The notes below the pieces were generated by a model. The model saw only the letters and a program-made list of their open reading frames with translations, was not told the DNA's origin and made no database searches. Shown here piece by piece: positions 26,323 to 39,850 of a stretch of DNA of 64,000 nt. Made by a program: the position numbers and the translations under genes. How positions within the stretch are numbered: the stretch's first letter is position 1; every line of letters begins with the position of its first letter. The stretch lies in assembly GCA_964016885.1 (NCBI GenBank), contig OZ024743.1, positions 8,680,001 to 8,744,000 on the forward strand, written 5' to 3'. Source of the DNA: Eledone cirrhosa (Eukaryota).

Positions 26323-26528
26323 CCCTTTAGCATATACATTACTCTAAATTTACTATTATATTTTCATGGTAAAGGCTTTATCCCACATAATTATCTCACA
26401 TAATATCGAATCTATGAGATTTTGATATTATTTATTTTGAGAACAATACCTTAATATCAGTATGAGCGGCTGGTTTGAACAGAAAGAGGTGAAAGAATTC
26501 GGATATGGTCGGTTTAAATGCTAAAAGG
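26323..26528 (+). mobile_element. piggyBac-type MITE, family A
   Basis: TTAA TSD on both sides; TIRs. Confidence 0.9.
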
Positions 26529-26694
26529 TTAAGTCCAACCTGGATCCTACACCCACCTGTTAAATTGAAAAATCACACAATCTCTGAAATAAAAATCTCC
26601 CATCCCCTATCTCTAAACTACTTCTGACACATTAGCTACACCCTTTACTCTGAATGTGGTTACCATACTCATGGATCTTAGTTACATAGATAAT

Positions 26695-26874
26695 TGTTTC
26701 TACTTTTGGCACAAGGCCAGCAATTATCCAGTGCATTACTGGTACTTTATTTTATCGACCCCGTAAGGATGAAAGGCAAAGTTAACCTCAGTGGGATTTG
26801 AACTCAGAATAGCAAGGGCCGTAACTCTATGCATCAAAACATGATGTCCGACCCTCTACCGATACTGCCAATTC
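26695..26874 (-). mobile_element. Meta-domain tRNA SINE with 11-bp TSD
   Basis: Reverse complement contains gcctttcatccttacggggtcgataaaataaagtacc; TSD acatagataat (26684-26694 / 26875-26885). Confidence 0.85.
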
Positions 26875-27981
26875 ACATAGATAATGATGGTGCTGAAGTA
26901 AAATTGCTTGCCATTCTGAACTGCTGTATCCTTGAGTGTCCATCAAAATTTCATACCCATCAATCTTGTCCAATCACAACCTAATAAAAGTAACCCATCT
27001 CACATTTCCCTACCCCACTCAAAACCTCTGATACTTTAATCCTTTTGATATCAAACCAACATTGATTTTGTGCTAGTAAAATATTTATTTAAAAGAATTT
27101 TCCCTGCTAAAGCATTGGTTAGCTTTGTGTGCCCCATGCTTTTCCATTTTGCCCTATCATCTACATCACCCTTCATTTCCTCCACCATCACCTTTATTCA
27201 TGTCTTTCTTGGTCTCCCCCTTCTACTTCCTTCCACATTCATTTTCATCACTCCCCTCAGAAATGTACATACACATATCGTGCACATATACTACTACCAT
27301 GATAAAAAACAGCCAATACATCCTGTAAATTGTTTGTGCTGGTGCCATGATTAAATACACCCAGTACATTCTGCAAACTAGTTAGAGTTAGGAAGGGCAT
27401 CAGGCTATTGAAAAACCATGCCAAAATATGGAATGTATGAGCAAGATGTAGTTTGTCAATCCAACTAGTTTTGGACTGTGACAACCCATCCAACCCATAT
27501 ATATATATATATATATCCTTTTTTTCTCCTTTGTCTAAGTCCTCATACACCGTTCTTCCCCTTCTTTGTCAGTTGATGCACTTGGGATAAGTTTTCATCA
27601 ATATTTGTGTAATTCGCTTAAAAGCATAACTTGTCTCCACCTGTTTTATTATATGCACTGGAATGAAAGGTATGAACCTTAATGAGCCAAAATAATAGTG
27701 ATTTCCAGAGTTTGACTGCAGAGATCGAACTGTCCATCTTTCTGTTATTTTTTCATTGCTTTTGTCCGGTGCACTCCCTGTTTTAAATTCTGATTATAAA
27801 TGTTCTGCATATCTCCTATATGCATCGCTAACTCTTCATAAGCTCTAACTTTGCATTTCGCAAAAGTTATTAGGATCGCATGAATAAACATTGAGCTACA
27901 CTCTACTTTTATGCCTGGTATTTAATTTTATATATCTATCTCTACTTTCATTTGAGATTCAAATATATTTTTCTACTTTTG

Positions 27982-28017
<36 letters not shown>

Positions 28018-28222
28018 TACATATATATATATATATATATCATCTCACCTCTGCCAAACTTCTGAATGAACCAAAGAAACATACTCATGCCAAATGTCTT
28101 AATCCGCCATCAGTGTTTGTATTTCCAATGCAGTCTACAATTTAATATCTTTTTAAGTATATCAATGAAGTCGGTGGGTTATCTCCCACTGTTAATTTAC
28201 CCATTTGTTGGCTGCAACAACA

Positions 28223-29000
28223 CTAGATTTGAAGCTTCTTCTTTGCCCACTTATTCCTGAGAGGGTTGTGGGGAGAGTCCTCAAACACTGGTCCTGTCAG
28301 AAGTAACTGTCTCCAATTGATGCAGTTGGATCCCCAAGTGATACCAGCCAAGCTCATGGATGTTATCCAACCATCTTGCTTGGGGTCTACCCTAGGGTCT
28401 CCTGCTGGTTGGTTTTGCCTGTAAAATCTGTCCAGCAATTCTTTCCTAAAACATTCTGACCACATGCCCATTGTATTGAAGCTGTGATTTTTCAATTCAG
28501 AGAAGTAACAGCTCTACCTGGAGTGATTTTCTGATCTCCAAGTTACACATTTTATTGAGTAACTTTACTCCAAAGACCCTTCGGAGGAATCCCATTTCAG
28601 CCGCTTGAAGCTATTTCTTTAAAATATCTCACAGTGATCTGCTAATCATAATCTTTGTTGAGCTGTCTTTTCAATTAAATTTGACAGACCATCATATGTA
28701 TTGGTGGTGTGGCTTTTCCAAGTAATATTAAAACACCACCTGTAACATACACAAGTACATACTCTCTAGGTGATTTTTAAACCTCTTTGTGAGTGTCTAA
28801 GTCTCAATTATATAACATGATTCAAACTTTGCTAAAAAGGTATTGTCTTAATAATGACTTTCAGATCTTTAATAATTTGTAACATGCTTGCCATGCTATT
28901 GCCTATCTTTTATTGATATCTTTTTCTGATCTGAGTATCCAAGCTTCATGATATTTGAAATTTTCAACAACTTTTGGAGGCTGTCCAGATTTTAAGTTTA
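28223..29000 (-). mobile_element. Degenerate RTE LINE remnants
   Basis: QAAEMGFLRRVFGV...QLQYNGHVVRM...GRPQARWLDNIHEL; upstream KVVENFKY...SEKDINKKIG. Confidence 0.75.
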
Positions 29001-29579
29001 TGGTCACTGGGTCTGAATGATATAATAGCATCTCTTAACACAGGAAATCCTGGCAAACCCCAAAAATGATGGACACCATCTAACTACATGCCCCAAGTAG
29101 TATATGAATATCATCCTTTTAGGCCACCAAGGGAAGTTGGGCACCAACATGACAGAAAGTGGTGGAGATTTACTAGGGAGGGGTTCCTCCAACAGAAGTG
29201 AGAAGGTCCTGGATTGGATTAGATTAGATGATACTTACTACTTGTACTTTATTAGTGTTCACCCAGGATGAATTAGATCCAACCAGTGAATCTACACCAT
29301 CACAAATAAAGTCCATTTATGCACAGCAATCACAAACATCTGACACAGATATTGTCAGTCAGTCATAATTCCAGTCACTGATACCATATATAGGAGAATC
29401 AAATGTTAGCTCAAGATTTGAATTGATAATGCCAATCCACCTTTTCAGCTGCTCACCTTATACCACCCCAGGAGGAGCCGTGATGTGACTACATTGGGGA
29501 TGAATTCACCTCATTGGCAGAAGGGTCTGAGACGAAATCAACAGAGTAGGAGTAGCTGGAAGGAACTAACACTGATGAA

Positions 29580-30620
29580 TTTCAGAGTTTAATGCTAACA
29601 TGGATGACTCAGCAAAGAAAAAGTTGTCAGATACTTCCAGCTTGCATAAATGCATCACTTTCATTAGCCACATCTCATAGTTTGATAAAAAGATGGTGTG
29701 AATGTGTGCTTGGTAGATGCAGATTTTGGTGGACTGATTGACTGCTAGCCTAGACCAAAGTTGCTTTTGATAACAGAATGCAATGCATGTATAGACATCT
29801 ACCTCATATTTAACATCCAGATATCCATCTCATCTTTATCATAGCCTTTTACCATGAAAGTGGTGCAGAGATATTTGAATTGATCTAGAATCATTTCCCA
29901 GAATCTCACCATTGAGATTGACAGGGACCCCTTCAGAAGGTGAGATACCAGCAGATACTATCAACATTTTGGCTGCTTAGGATGTGATGTCATGGGATAT
30001 CTCTTTTGGCTCTTTGCATTCTGAATTTGCCTGCTGTGTTCCTGGTGCTAAATTGTATCACCACTTGTCTTTCTCTCAGTTAGAAGTAGCAGCATGGAGA
30101 GGTGTGACTTACATGAATGTGGAACTGCTGGTTTGCCACAAAAAATATTACATAGACTTGGGTGTTCTAGCGTTGGGATCCACGAAAATGTACCTGGTAC
30201 AACCTATAAGGTGGTTGGTGACAGGAAGAGCACTCCACTGTAGAAACCATGCCTAAAAAAGGGTTGAGAGGACCTTTCAGCTGTGTGAAGCACATGACAG
30301 TCTCCGTAGTGATGGTGATCTACACAATAGATTCACCCTGTACATGCTGTAAAGTGGTTGGTGATGGGAAGGGCATCAAGCCTTAAAAAGCTTGCTAAAC
30401 AAAAAGTTGGGAAGACTCTTCAGTTGTGTCAAAGACATGACAACTTCTCTTGTGTGGTTGGAAATATGTGAGACCATATGTAAGTGAGATGCTGACCCCT
30501 CTCTTCGCCTCTCCTGTTTGGGAAGTCAGTAGCTCCAATTCAGTACTGACTTGATCTATGTAAACCCATCCAACCCTTGCTAGCAGACAAAGTGGGCATT
30601 AAATGATGCTAATGATGACA
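29580..30620. mobile_element. Degenerate RTE fragment (-) followed by an RTE-tail-bearing repeat (+)
   Basis: Minus-strand FKYLCT motif; plus-strand ggaagggcatcaagcc and ccatccaacccttgctagc...aaatgatg tail. Confidence 0.5.
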
Positions 30621-32062
30621 TATATATATACTTATAGTAAGAGGTTAACCAAACAAACATGTGCGGATCACATAATAATCTGTCAGTTGTGAAGTAGATA
30701 AAAGAATGGGCTCAACGACCTGTATAAAAGTGTAAGCCGGAGCTTTATATATCAATAAAAAATCTGAGGCCATATTCATTTGGTTTAGGTTTATCCAAAT
30801 CCATTATATATATTTCGCTGAGGACTAACAGTTAGGATAGCCTGAACTCAGACGCTAAACCCATAAAACAATGAAATTTCATAAAAACCTTTAAGTTTGG
30901 AAAAGGTCTACTTTTTGTGATACAGAGGGGCCGGCCAGACATGTGATGTTAGTTCCTAAATGGCCGGCCCTCTGTATCATTTGTTTGTAAACAAACAGCC
31001 CGATTAAAGCTGTGCCGATGACAAATCGTCATCTGTTTGTTCAACACTGGCATTGAGGAATAATCAACATGTTTCTGGATCATTACTCTTCATCAGGGCT
31101 GTATACCTCTGCCTATATATATATATATGTATATATATATATAGGATGAGTGGAAAGACAGCAAGTAGGGTAGATAACTACGACAATATCAGTTGATCCA
31201 ACTGTAGATCTGGTTTTAATAGCCTATTAGTGAAAGCAGGTGGTTTGTTTAAATCTGTCGCCATCTGTCTTACACTTTGAATTTTTTGACTGAATTTTTA
31301 TTTAGAGGGTATTATAGTAGGTTTGCTTCTTTTTTTTTTCAGTTACATATATACATATCAGCACACAAATGTCATTATAATAAGAATCAGTAAAATACTA
31401 ATTACAAATAGGATAGCCAAGCTATAACTTAGTTCTAGATATTATTTTCCATTTGAAGGAAGAGTGCTCATACACATACTCAGTCAATCTGTCTGTCTCT
31501 CTTTCTCTCTCTCTCTCACACACAAACACATATTATATATACAGATATAGTCATTGAGTTAAGAAGTTCTCTTCTCAAACAAACACATATATTTATATAT
31601 ATATTTCCCTGGATTTTCTCTGAAGTGATACGTTGAGTACTATCAAGCATTGTGGAATAATGGATTGTGCAATAATATATATTTCATAGGTTTATTATAT
31701 AACACATTGAAACATGTGTAAGACTCTCCAGTATTATTATGACATATATATATATACGTCTCAGCACGTGGGACCCCATTTGCTCATAATAGTGAGAGAT
31801 GGGAAAGATAAAAGAGATGGAGGTGATGACAGAGGCAGTTTGGTTCCTCTGTGTTCAGAATGGTGTACAGACTGGTGTGTAATTTTACACTTATTTTCAG
31901 CTTTTACGGCTATTGTTATAAAATAATACATTTCATGATATATATAAAATATTTAACTGTTGCCATCATTCTGTGGAAATTTCATTAAATTCCAACGAGT
32001 ATTTACGTTAATATATGAATCATTGAATATCAGTAAATGTGCCTTGTTTTTCTATTAACTTG

Positions 32063-32107
<45 letters not shown>

Positions 32108-32125
32108 AAGTGTACCTATAGTTCT

Positions 32126-32527
32126 TCATCATCATCATCATCATCATCGTTTAACGTCCATCTTCCACGCTTGCATGGGTTTGGACGGGAGTTTTCCCAC
32201 TTGAGGCAAGAGTGGTTGTCTTGCTCGCATAGGACTGTCTGGCAGGTTTTCTACGGCTGGATGCCCTTCCTAACACCAACCACGTTTACAGTGTGGACTG
32301 GGAGGTTTTTACCGTGTTACCTACACGACCACATTACAGCGTGGACTGTGTGTTTTTTTGTCGTGACACCTACACGACCTCATTTGTTTCAGACTGGATG
32401 TTGTGGTACCAACATAACTTTACATTGAAAGGGGTGGTGTGGATGGGGTGGGGGTAGTGGGACGGGGGTGTATTTTTGTTAGAGGTGCCTACTGACTGTG
32501 GTAGGTTTCACTTTGTACTTAGGTAAG
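32126..32527 (-). mobile_element. Solo 3' UTR of the young RTE family
   Basis: (CAT)n tail; high identity to 44843-45250; truncated at the ORF stop region. Confidence 0.9.
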
Positions 32528-33650
32528 TTATACTATGTTATTTTATATATCATAGAAGTTCAACAAAAAGAGATCAATAAAATAAGTATTGGACTCAATA
32601 GTTAGTTTCCTATATCTTTGCCCAATATTCTCTAATATCTTTATATCTTTACAATACTAGAGTTAACAGTATAGTCTTAAGTTCTCTCATACTCAGCAAG
32701 TACGCTTATATAATGTTACAAGCTCTTAGTAGCCTCACCGATTTACTTATATGTGAAACTTGACTATTTATTCTTCCAGTCTACTTACTTATATTTTGGG
32801 TACCACTGATATTTCTTCAAAAGTTACTGAAATAAGAACATTGACACAGAAGTTTTCCAGTACATTAAATCTTAAATCTTCAGCAAATCTTTTCAAATAA
32901 GGGAAAGGGGATTGAGAGCAGATCTTTGCTGGATGCTTAACAGCACGTTAAATCTTCAGTGTGTCCAATTGATCATAATCTTTTACTCTAACTATATTTT
33001 TACTCCCATTGTACTAAGTTGATAATAAATTAAACTTTCTATTTAAATTAACATTTTAAGAATTAAATTATTTTGCGTGCCACAAGAGTATGTTTATTTG
33101 CAATATTTTAAGCAGGGCTCTTCTATGATGAAGAATGAAAAGACCCAGCCTAAAATATCAGAATTAATCTTTATCCACAGAGCATAAACTTGTTCTATTC
33201 TATAAAATCTATCAACTGTTTTGTTTAAATTCTTATATATTTATCATTGTTGTTCTTGCTGACATAAAACGTTATTAGTTTCCTAGAAAAACATTTTTTT
33301 TTTGTTAACTGTTTGTATTGATATATTGATATATCTACAAATCTTTATCAATATATTGGTGACGTTTTTTCTGACACATCTGTACATACTGAAAACATGG
33401 TGGTCTTATATTATTCTTTTCTAAATATAGATACAATGACTCCCTTTCTGTAGTTCTCTATCTCTATCAGTGTGTCCCTAACTCCTCTTTCTCCACCTAA
33501 TTATCTATCTATATCTAACTTTCCAGCACTATTCTTTGCCATCTATTTACTTAAAAATCAAAATAATACATCAATATATTTGTAAATGTTTTCAGCACAC
33601 ACACACATGCACGCGTGCACACACACACACACACACACACATGCACGCGT

Positions 33651-33689
<39 letters not shown>

Positions 33690-33961
33690 TACACATGTGT
33701 CTGTGTGTAAACTATTTGTAAATTTACAAGTTGAAAGTATTTTTTTTTTTTACATTAGTTATTCTGAGAAGGCAAAGCTGTGCTTATTGACTTTTCCTGC
33801 CTTCTTGCCTCCTACATACACAAGGCTGAGGGATAATGATAGCTCAATGAATATTGGGTAGGGAGATACAGTTGTGGATGAAGAAGGATTGGAAGAAATT
33901 GTTTAGAATGTGTTAGAAAGAGGTAAGATATAGTGATACTGAAAAGAATAAATGCAAGTAT

Positions 33962-34340
33962 TCATCATCATCATTTAGTGTCTATTTTCCACGCTAGCAT
34001 GGGTTAGACGGGTTATCCCATTAGAGGCAAATTGGGTCAGATGACCGTGTCTTGCTCATATAGGACTGTTTCTGGCTCAATTTCTATGGTTGGATGCCCT
34101 TCCTAATGCCAACCACATTTACAGTTTGTGTTGGGTGTTTTTAGTTGTGACACCTACATGACTACTTTACAGTGTGGGCTGGATATTTTTGTGATACCAA
34201 CATAACTTTACAGTGTAAGGGTGGTGTGGACAGTAGTGGGAGGGTGGTGTAGGGGTGTATGGAAGGGGGTATAGTGGATTAAGTAGTTCACTATGCTCCC
34301 TTCCATTCACCCTACACCACCCTCCCACTACTACTGTCCA
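33962..34340 (-). mobile_element. RTE 3' UTR fragment ending in a fold-back hairpin
   Basis: (CAT)n tail, ggatgcccttcctaatgccaacc motif, inverted repeat at 34227-34340. Confidence 0.8.
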
Positions 34341-34586
34341 TGAATAAATATAAATAGACATAACACACAACAAACAAGCTCAGAGGTGCAGAAACCAATT
34401 AAGAATCAGTAGAGGGGAGAAACAATTCTCAATGGGTTTTCTAATTTTTGTAAGTGGGTATTTTAATTTTTCACATTACAATTATTCATTTCCAAACAGG
34501 CTTTAAATAACTCTTTCTGTCTCCATCTCTCTAGCATATTCCATTTTCTTTCTCACTTCTATTGAGTCTGTCTACGGTTATAATGT

Positions 34587-35160
34587 GAAGGCACGTGGCC
34601 TAGTGGTAAGGGTGTTGGACTTACGATCAGGGCCTTGTTTGCCTTAAAAATGTGAGGGGGACAAACCAACATTTGTTGATTCTTAAAGGAGCATGTTAGT
34701 ATTGCTTATGGTGCCTTTCCCGGACCCTATCACATAAATAAGATTTTACGGTAATTAAATTTTATATATTCAAATGAAGTTCAGATATAAAAAAAATAAG
34801 CTTATAAAGAATTTATTATATCAAATAAACAAAAAATAAAACATAGACGTTTGAAAAAGTGGAGGGGGGGGGGACTTGTCCCCTGGTACCTCCCTGAAAC
34901 AAGGCCCTTGCTTATGATCATAATGTCGTGGGTTCGATTCCTGGGTTGTGTGTTGTTTTCTTGAGCAAAACACTTCATTTCACATTGCTCCAGTATACTC
35001 AGCTGAAAATGAGTACCAGCAATAGCTCGGGTTTAACCCTGTGATGGACTGGCATCCAGTCCAGTGGGGAGTCTTGTACTCTGAGTCGCTTCACACCATG
35101 AAACCGGGATAAGCACCAGCCAAATGAGCCTTCTGGCTTACGACCGACTTTAGACTTAGA
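34587..35160 (+). mobile_element. tRNA/CORE-like SINE (alternative tail) split by a hAT MITE
   Basis: A box tggcctagtgg; B box gggttcgattcc after the insertion; CORE-like region; gacttt/gactta tail. Confidence 0.85.
34628..34910. mobile_element. hAT-type MITE (283 bp)
   Basis: TIR CAGGGCCTTGTTT / AAACAAGGCCCTTG; 8-bp TSD cttacgat/cttatgat. Confidence 0.85.
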
Positions 35161-36149
35161 CTACAGTTAACTATCACTAACACCCTACTCATGTATTTTA
35201 TCAAACCTCTCTAAATATTTCCTTCTTACTTTGTTATTGGTAACTAGTTTGTTTCATTCACACACTTACAGTAAGCAATCCTTATTTCTTGGACAATTGT
35301 TATAACTTAATGTATGACATAAAAACAGAGCAAATATTGTAACTATAGAAAAAATCTTGTTCATTCTCAGTGACTTAATGAAAAATTATACTGTGATAAA
35401 TATTGATCTGCTTTTGTGTTAGAATTTGATTCAGTAATAAAACCCTATTGAACATGACAAAATATTAATATTTTTCTGTTCACTCGTTGCTGACATTTAT
35501 GTAAGAAAATGTCAGCAATGAGTCTTGAACTATTAATTTCACATAATAGTTGAACTCTCTGCAAAAGGTCAAGTCGGAGTAGCAGGTGTATGTTATTCAG
35601 TTAGAGTAGTAAACCATTATAATTAATATGTTAGCGTGGAAGATAGACGTTTAACGATGATGATGATGATGATATCTTGTCTCAGCTATTGTTAAACTTT
35701 ACAAATATTCTATTTGGATTCTAATGTTTTTTCCGTGGGTATCTCAGAATATGTGGATTTAATCTTGTCTCTATTATTAACTGGTAATAATTGCTCACAA
35801 AAAAGAACACTTTTGAGAACAATAATTAAACAACATAATCATAAAGTGCTTTTCAATTATATTAATAGATGTTAGCAGTGCTTTTTTTTCCAACTAATTT
35901 GATAGGTCTGGAGGAAAAGGTTCTTCAAGATTCTCCAAGACCAGGCAGATAAATGCCACTGATTATCATCATTAACATCCATTTTCTCTGCTAGCAAGGG
36001 TTAGACAAATTTTGACAGACCAAGTCAGTACTAAAGCAGAGCTACTGACATCCCAGACAGGCCAGAGGTTTGCATTTCTTTTCCATATGGTTCTATGTTT
36101 TACCAAGTGCATTTTATAGTGGCACCAGCACTAAAGAGGTTGTCATGTC

Positions 36150-36400
36150 TTTAACACAACTGGAGGGTCCTCCCAACATTTTGTTTGGCAAGCTTTCTAT
36201 GGCTGGAAGCTCTTGTTTTGATTAAACTGTTGTAAGCCGACTTCTTTTGTAAAAATATGAGTAGAAAGAGTGTTCCGAAGGGCCAACATTCTGAGCAGGA
36301 AGAGAATTGGGTGCCGTGGTTAATGTCAGTTTGGAAAAGGAAAGGAGGGAAGACACAACATGGGTGATAATAGGAGGAGAACTGAGTGAATTGTAACATA
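36150..36400 (-). mobile_element. CR1/L2-group LINE 3' remnant
   Basis: Minus frame reads LRNTLSTHIFTKEVGLQQF, resembling WNSLP..VF...LQ.FK. Confidence 0.45.
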
Positions 36401-37541
36401 AGATCAGCATCCCAAAGAAGCAGAGACCATTACAGCAACAGCAGAAGCGGTTATATAATTTTTTGTTATAATTGTGCAACACACCTGTTAGTATATCTGT
36501 ACGAAATGAATGTAAAACCAAAGTATTCACCAGGCATAATTCTGAACTACCAACGAGATACTATAATAAGAGCCTACATACACAATCTACCTGACCATTC
36601 ACTTCAGTTATTATTTATAGACATTTCGCATAGTCCACTTTTAGTTATGCGGGGGTGTTCAGGGTCCCCCCATTCCCCAGATTTCACCATAATTACTTTA
36701 TAAGAATAATCAAATTAGTTTAACATAATATAATATCAATTACCATATTTCTTGATGCCAAAGACCTTGAAGACTTGCTCCAATTTTAATTTGAAAATTT
36801 TGAAACAATTACTAACATAAAAATGAAGTCTCCACACTTTCATGTATTTTACGAAGATGTCTTGTTTGTGGCTTAGTGAAATATAGATCTTGTTGATCAC
36901 TTATAGTCTACATGTTTTCTTTTACTTTTACCAGATAACCTTTTTAACATATCACAATTTTATTTCTTTTGTCCTTTGATAAGGCCCCCCCCCCCCCCTC
37001 CTTGAAATCTAGGTTGTTTGAGGACAGTGAAAATACTGGTAAAATTTATGTACCATATGTAAATTATTACTAATCAGTTGGCTCATTTATCACACATTGT
37101 TCAGAGGGCATTAACGGAAAATCAAATTTCTGTGTAATAAATTTTACCCAAATTATAAATTTACATTTGCAACAATAATGATTGGTACATGGATAGGATA
37201 ATAATTATTTAAGTAACAGTCTTAAAAGCTACTTATTTTTTAGCAAAGATATGGACTATCTGATACATATTTTGTAAATTGTTAGAAGAAGATAAGAATA
37301 TGCAAAAATGTTCTTTACTGTTACTGTTGTTAAAATTCCAATGGGAAAGCTTTGTTTCCTAGTTAGAAACCAACCCTTTATAGAAATATATAAAAATGTA
37401 AGTATGAAATCTCCATTTATTCTTAGATCCATTAATGTATCATCTCTTGTATTAGTGTTTAATGTTACATTTCAAAGTTTATTATTTTGCAATTTTAGAA
37501 CAAGAGATAGCTGTAAGGATATGAGATAAAAAAGCCTTCAA

Positions 37542-37759
37542 CCATTTTGATATAAACCCAGCCAAATCAGGCTTGGGCTCGATGAGATAAAGCCACCCAT
37601 TTGTAGGATTCCAATTTAAATTAACAAATTCTAACATAATTTGTTATAAGAACCATATCTTAAGTTACTATCTTAGTAATGAAATAATTAATCAGTCTAA
37701 ATTCTTCCTTAATAATTTGAGCTAGAGAATATTTCATTAGAATTACGGTCCTTAAAGGG
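37542..37759 (+). mobile_element. Old TTAA-type MITE (family B-like)
   Basis: ccattttgatataaaccc start; aaaggg-ttaa end. Confidence 0.45.
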
Positions 37760-38216
37760 TTAAGTATTCAAGAGGTGATGAAAATGCTGGAAATGCCACA
37801 TTTCTGTGATAGGCATTTCATATATTATAATCCGCCAACAACTAAAAATATCATCAAAGAATTACCTTTCATTGTTGCAAGGTGCTCTTGAAAAAGTAAT
37901 GATGATATTATCTGTAGAAATAACTCCCCTAGAAAGAATATTGTGGAAACATTCAAATTAAAATTTCTGTTATATGCAAACACAACAGATTTGATCATGA
38001 GCAACAAAAACTGAAAAATGCATTGTTGTGTAAGTCCATTTCAACTGCTCAACAAATGCTAACATTTCATCCAAAGTCGACGAAAGGGAAAACATTTGTG
38101 GAACAGTTTTATGTAACTGTATTCTGACGTATTCATAGAGTTTCTGACAGATTGTCATAAGTAATATACTATAGTAAACTGGTTTCAAAAATACCTACCT
38201 ATCTGAGAGTAATATC

Positions 38217-38379
38217 TAGTGCTGTATTTATCATCATGCTTAGGTATGCTTAAGCACAGGGCCCCATTGGTCAGGGAGGCATCTTCCTGACAAAACATTT
38301 TTTACCTTCTTCAGGGCCCAAATAAAGGGTCTCATAACTTAACTAGCACAGAGCCTCATTTGTCTTAAATCCAGCACTG
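38217..38379. mobile_element. hAT-type MITE (163 bp)
   Basis: TIR (c/t)agtgctg.attta / taaatccagcactg; 8-bp TSD gtaatatc/ttaatatc. Confidence 0.75.
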
Positions 38380-38473
38380 TTAATATCTAATGTGAATTGT
38401 ATACTTTCATCATCATCATCATTGATTTTATGTTCACTTGTCCATGCTGGCATTAGTAAGGCAAGCGTTTTAA

Positions 38474-38692
38474 CCCTTTAGCATTCACATTATTTTATAT
38501 ATACTATTATATTTTCCTGGTAAAGGCTTTACCTCACATAATTATTTCACATAATATCGAATCTATGAGATTTTGAAAGTATTTATTTTGAGAACAATAC
38601 CTTAACATCAGTTTGAGCAACCAGTTACAGCCAGTTTCTACAGAAAGAGGTAGAGAATCTGGCCGGTTTTGGCTGGTTTGAACATTAAAGGG
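38474..38692 (+). mobile_element. piggyBac-type MITE, family A, nested in an RTE-tail fragment
   Basis: TTAA TSDs; flanks rejoin as (cat)n...tccatgctggcat...ggttgtatgcccttcctgatgccaacc. Confidence 0.9.
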
Positions 38693-39850
38693 TTAAAGCA
38701 ATGTTTTACGGTTGTATGCCCTTCCTGATGCCAACCCTTTTAGTCACCTCTTACAATATGCAGGGATACAGTGTATCTATTGAGAGAATAGCCTAGTCTT
38801 ACTTTTTTGGAATCTACAACTATAACCTGAATATGAGGCTACATTTGTATTCCTAATCAATGGTGCTCTTGGTTAGACTAACAAATACTTTAAAAATAAG
38901 CAAAAGTTCTACTTGACAAAAAATCAAACAAAACACATAATGGGAATTGTACAAATTTAATCATTTTGTAGGACAAACAGTAAAAATAGGCAAAGCTACA
39001 GCATGTTGCTCTATGTAGTTGAATACTGTCAGAATTCCCATGAGGGAGTTTATTATTAGTTACTTAAATATGAACCAACTCCATATTTTTAGGGAGACAA
39101 AGAATAAAAAATAGACGGCGAGACATTAACATACATAAAATAATATGTAACAGTGGTTGTTGAAAAAGGAGAATTCTATATATTTATATAATGAAGATAA
39201 CTTCACAAAAAACCAAATGAAATGTTAAGAGCCTATCAAAGCTTAGTTTGAAACATATTTTTTAAATCCCGATACTTAAAACTGGAAAGATGAATTTGAC
39301 AAAAAGAGAAGTAATTGTGACCTTGATAAACAAACTGGAACAGGAAGGTAACCTTATTTGGTTTTGTAAAAAATGAATAAGTGGAAGTTTGAAACTATAT
39401 ACATTAAGTTAATGATAGAGCAGCCATCTTTAAAAAAAATAGCTTAAAAAACTTTTCAAATATTGATTCTAACATAGGCACAAAGTCACGTGTTATTGGG
39501 GAGATGTGTAATAGATTAAATTACCACAGATTTTGACTGGTATTTATTTATCAACCCCAGAATAATGAAAGGCCAAGTTGATCCCAAATGCTTTTTAGAT
39601 GCTTATCTATTCAATGTTTGTGGAGAGAGGAGGTTTACTGTAAGAATAGTGACAAATGTTCATAGTTACAATAAATTATGCATGTATCTGTGACAAAATA
39701 TTTCTGTTTCTGAACTTAGGATAACATGTATAACATGATATACTGCATCATTAATGGCAATGAGATGGTCACAGCTATATATGTGAACAGAGTGATAGAC
39801 TACAAAATGTAGGATTGAGGGTATATATCCAATTACTGTATCACTGTTAA

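Noticed and set aside
27550-27890. Possible transposase or endonuclease remnant
   Set aside because: All frames examined are interrupted and no motif could be named
30818-30842. Hammerhead-like CTGAGGA-ctaac-a-gttag-GATA
   Set aside because: GAAA box mutated; stems I and III not evident
37825-38188. Minus-strand 60-72 aa ORFs
   Set aside because: No recognisable domain or consistent splice structure
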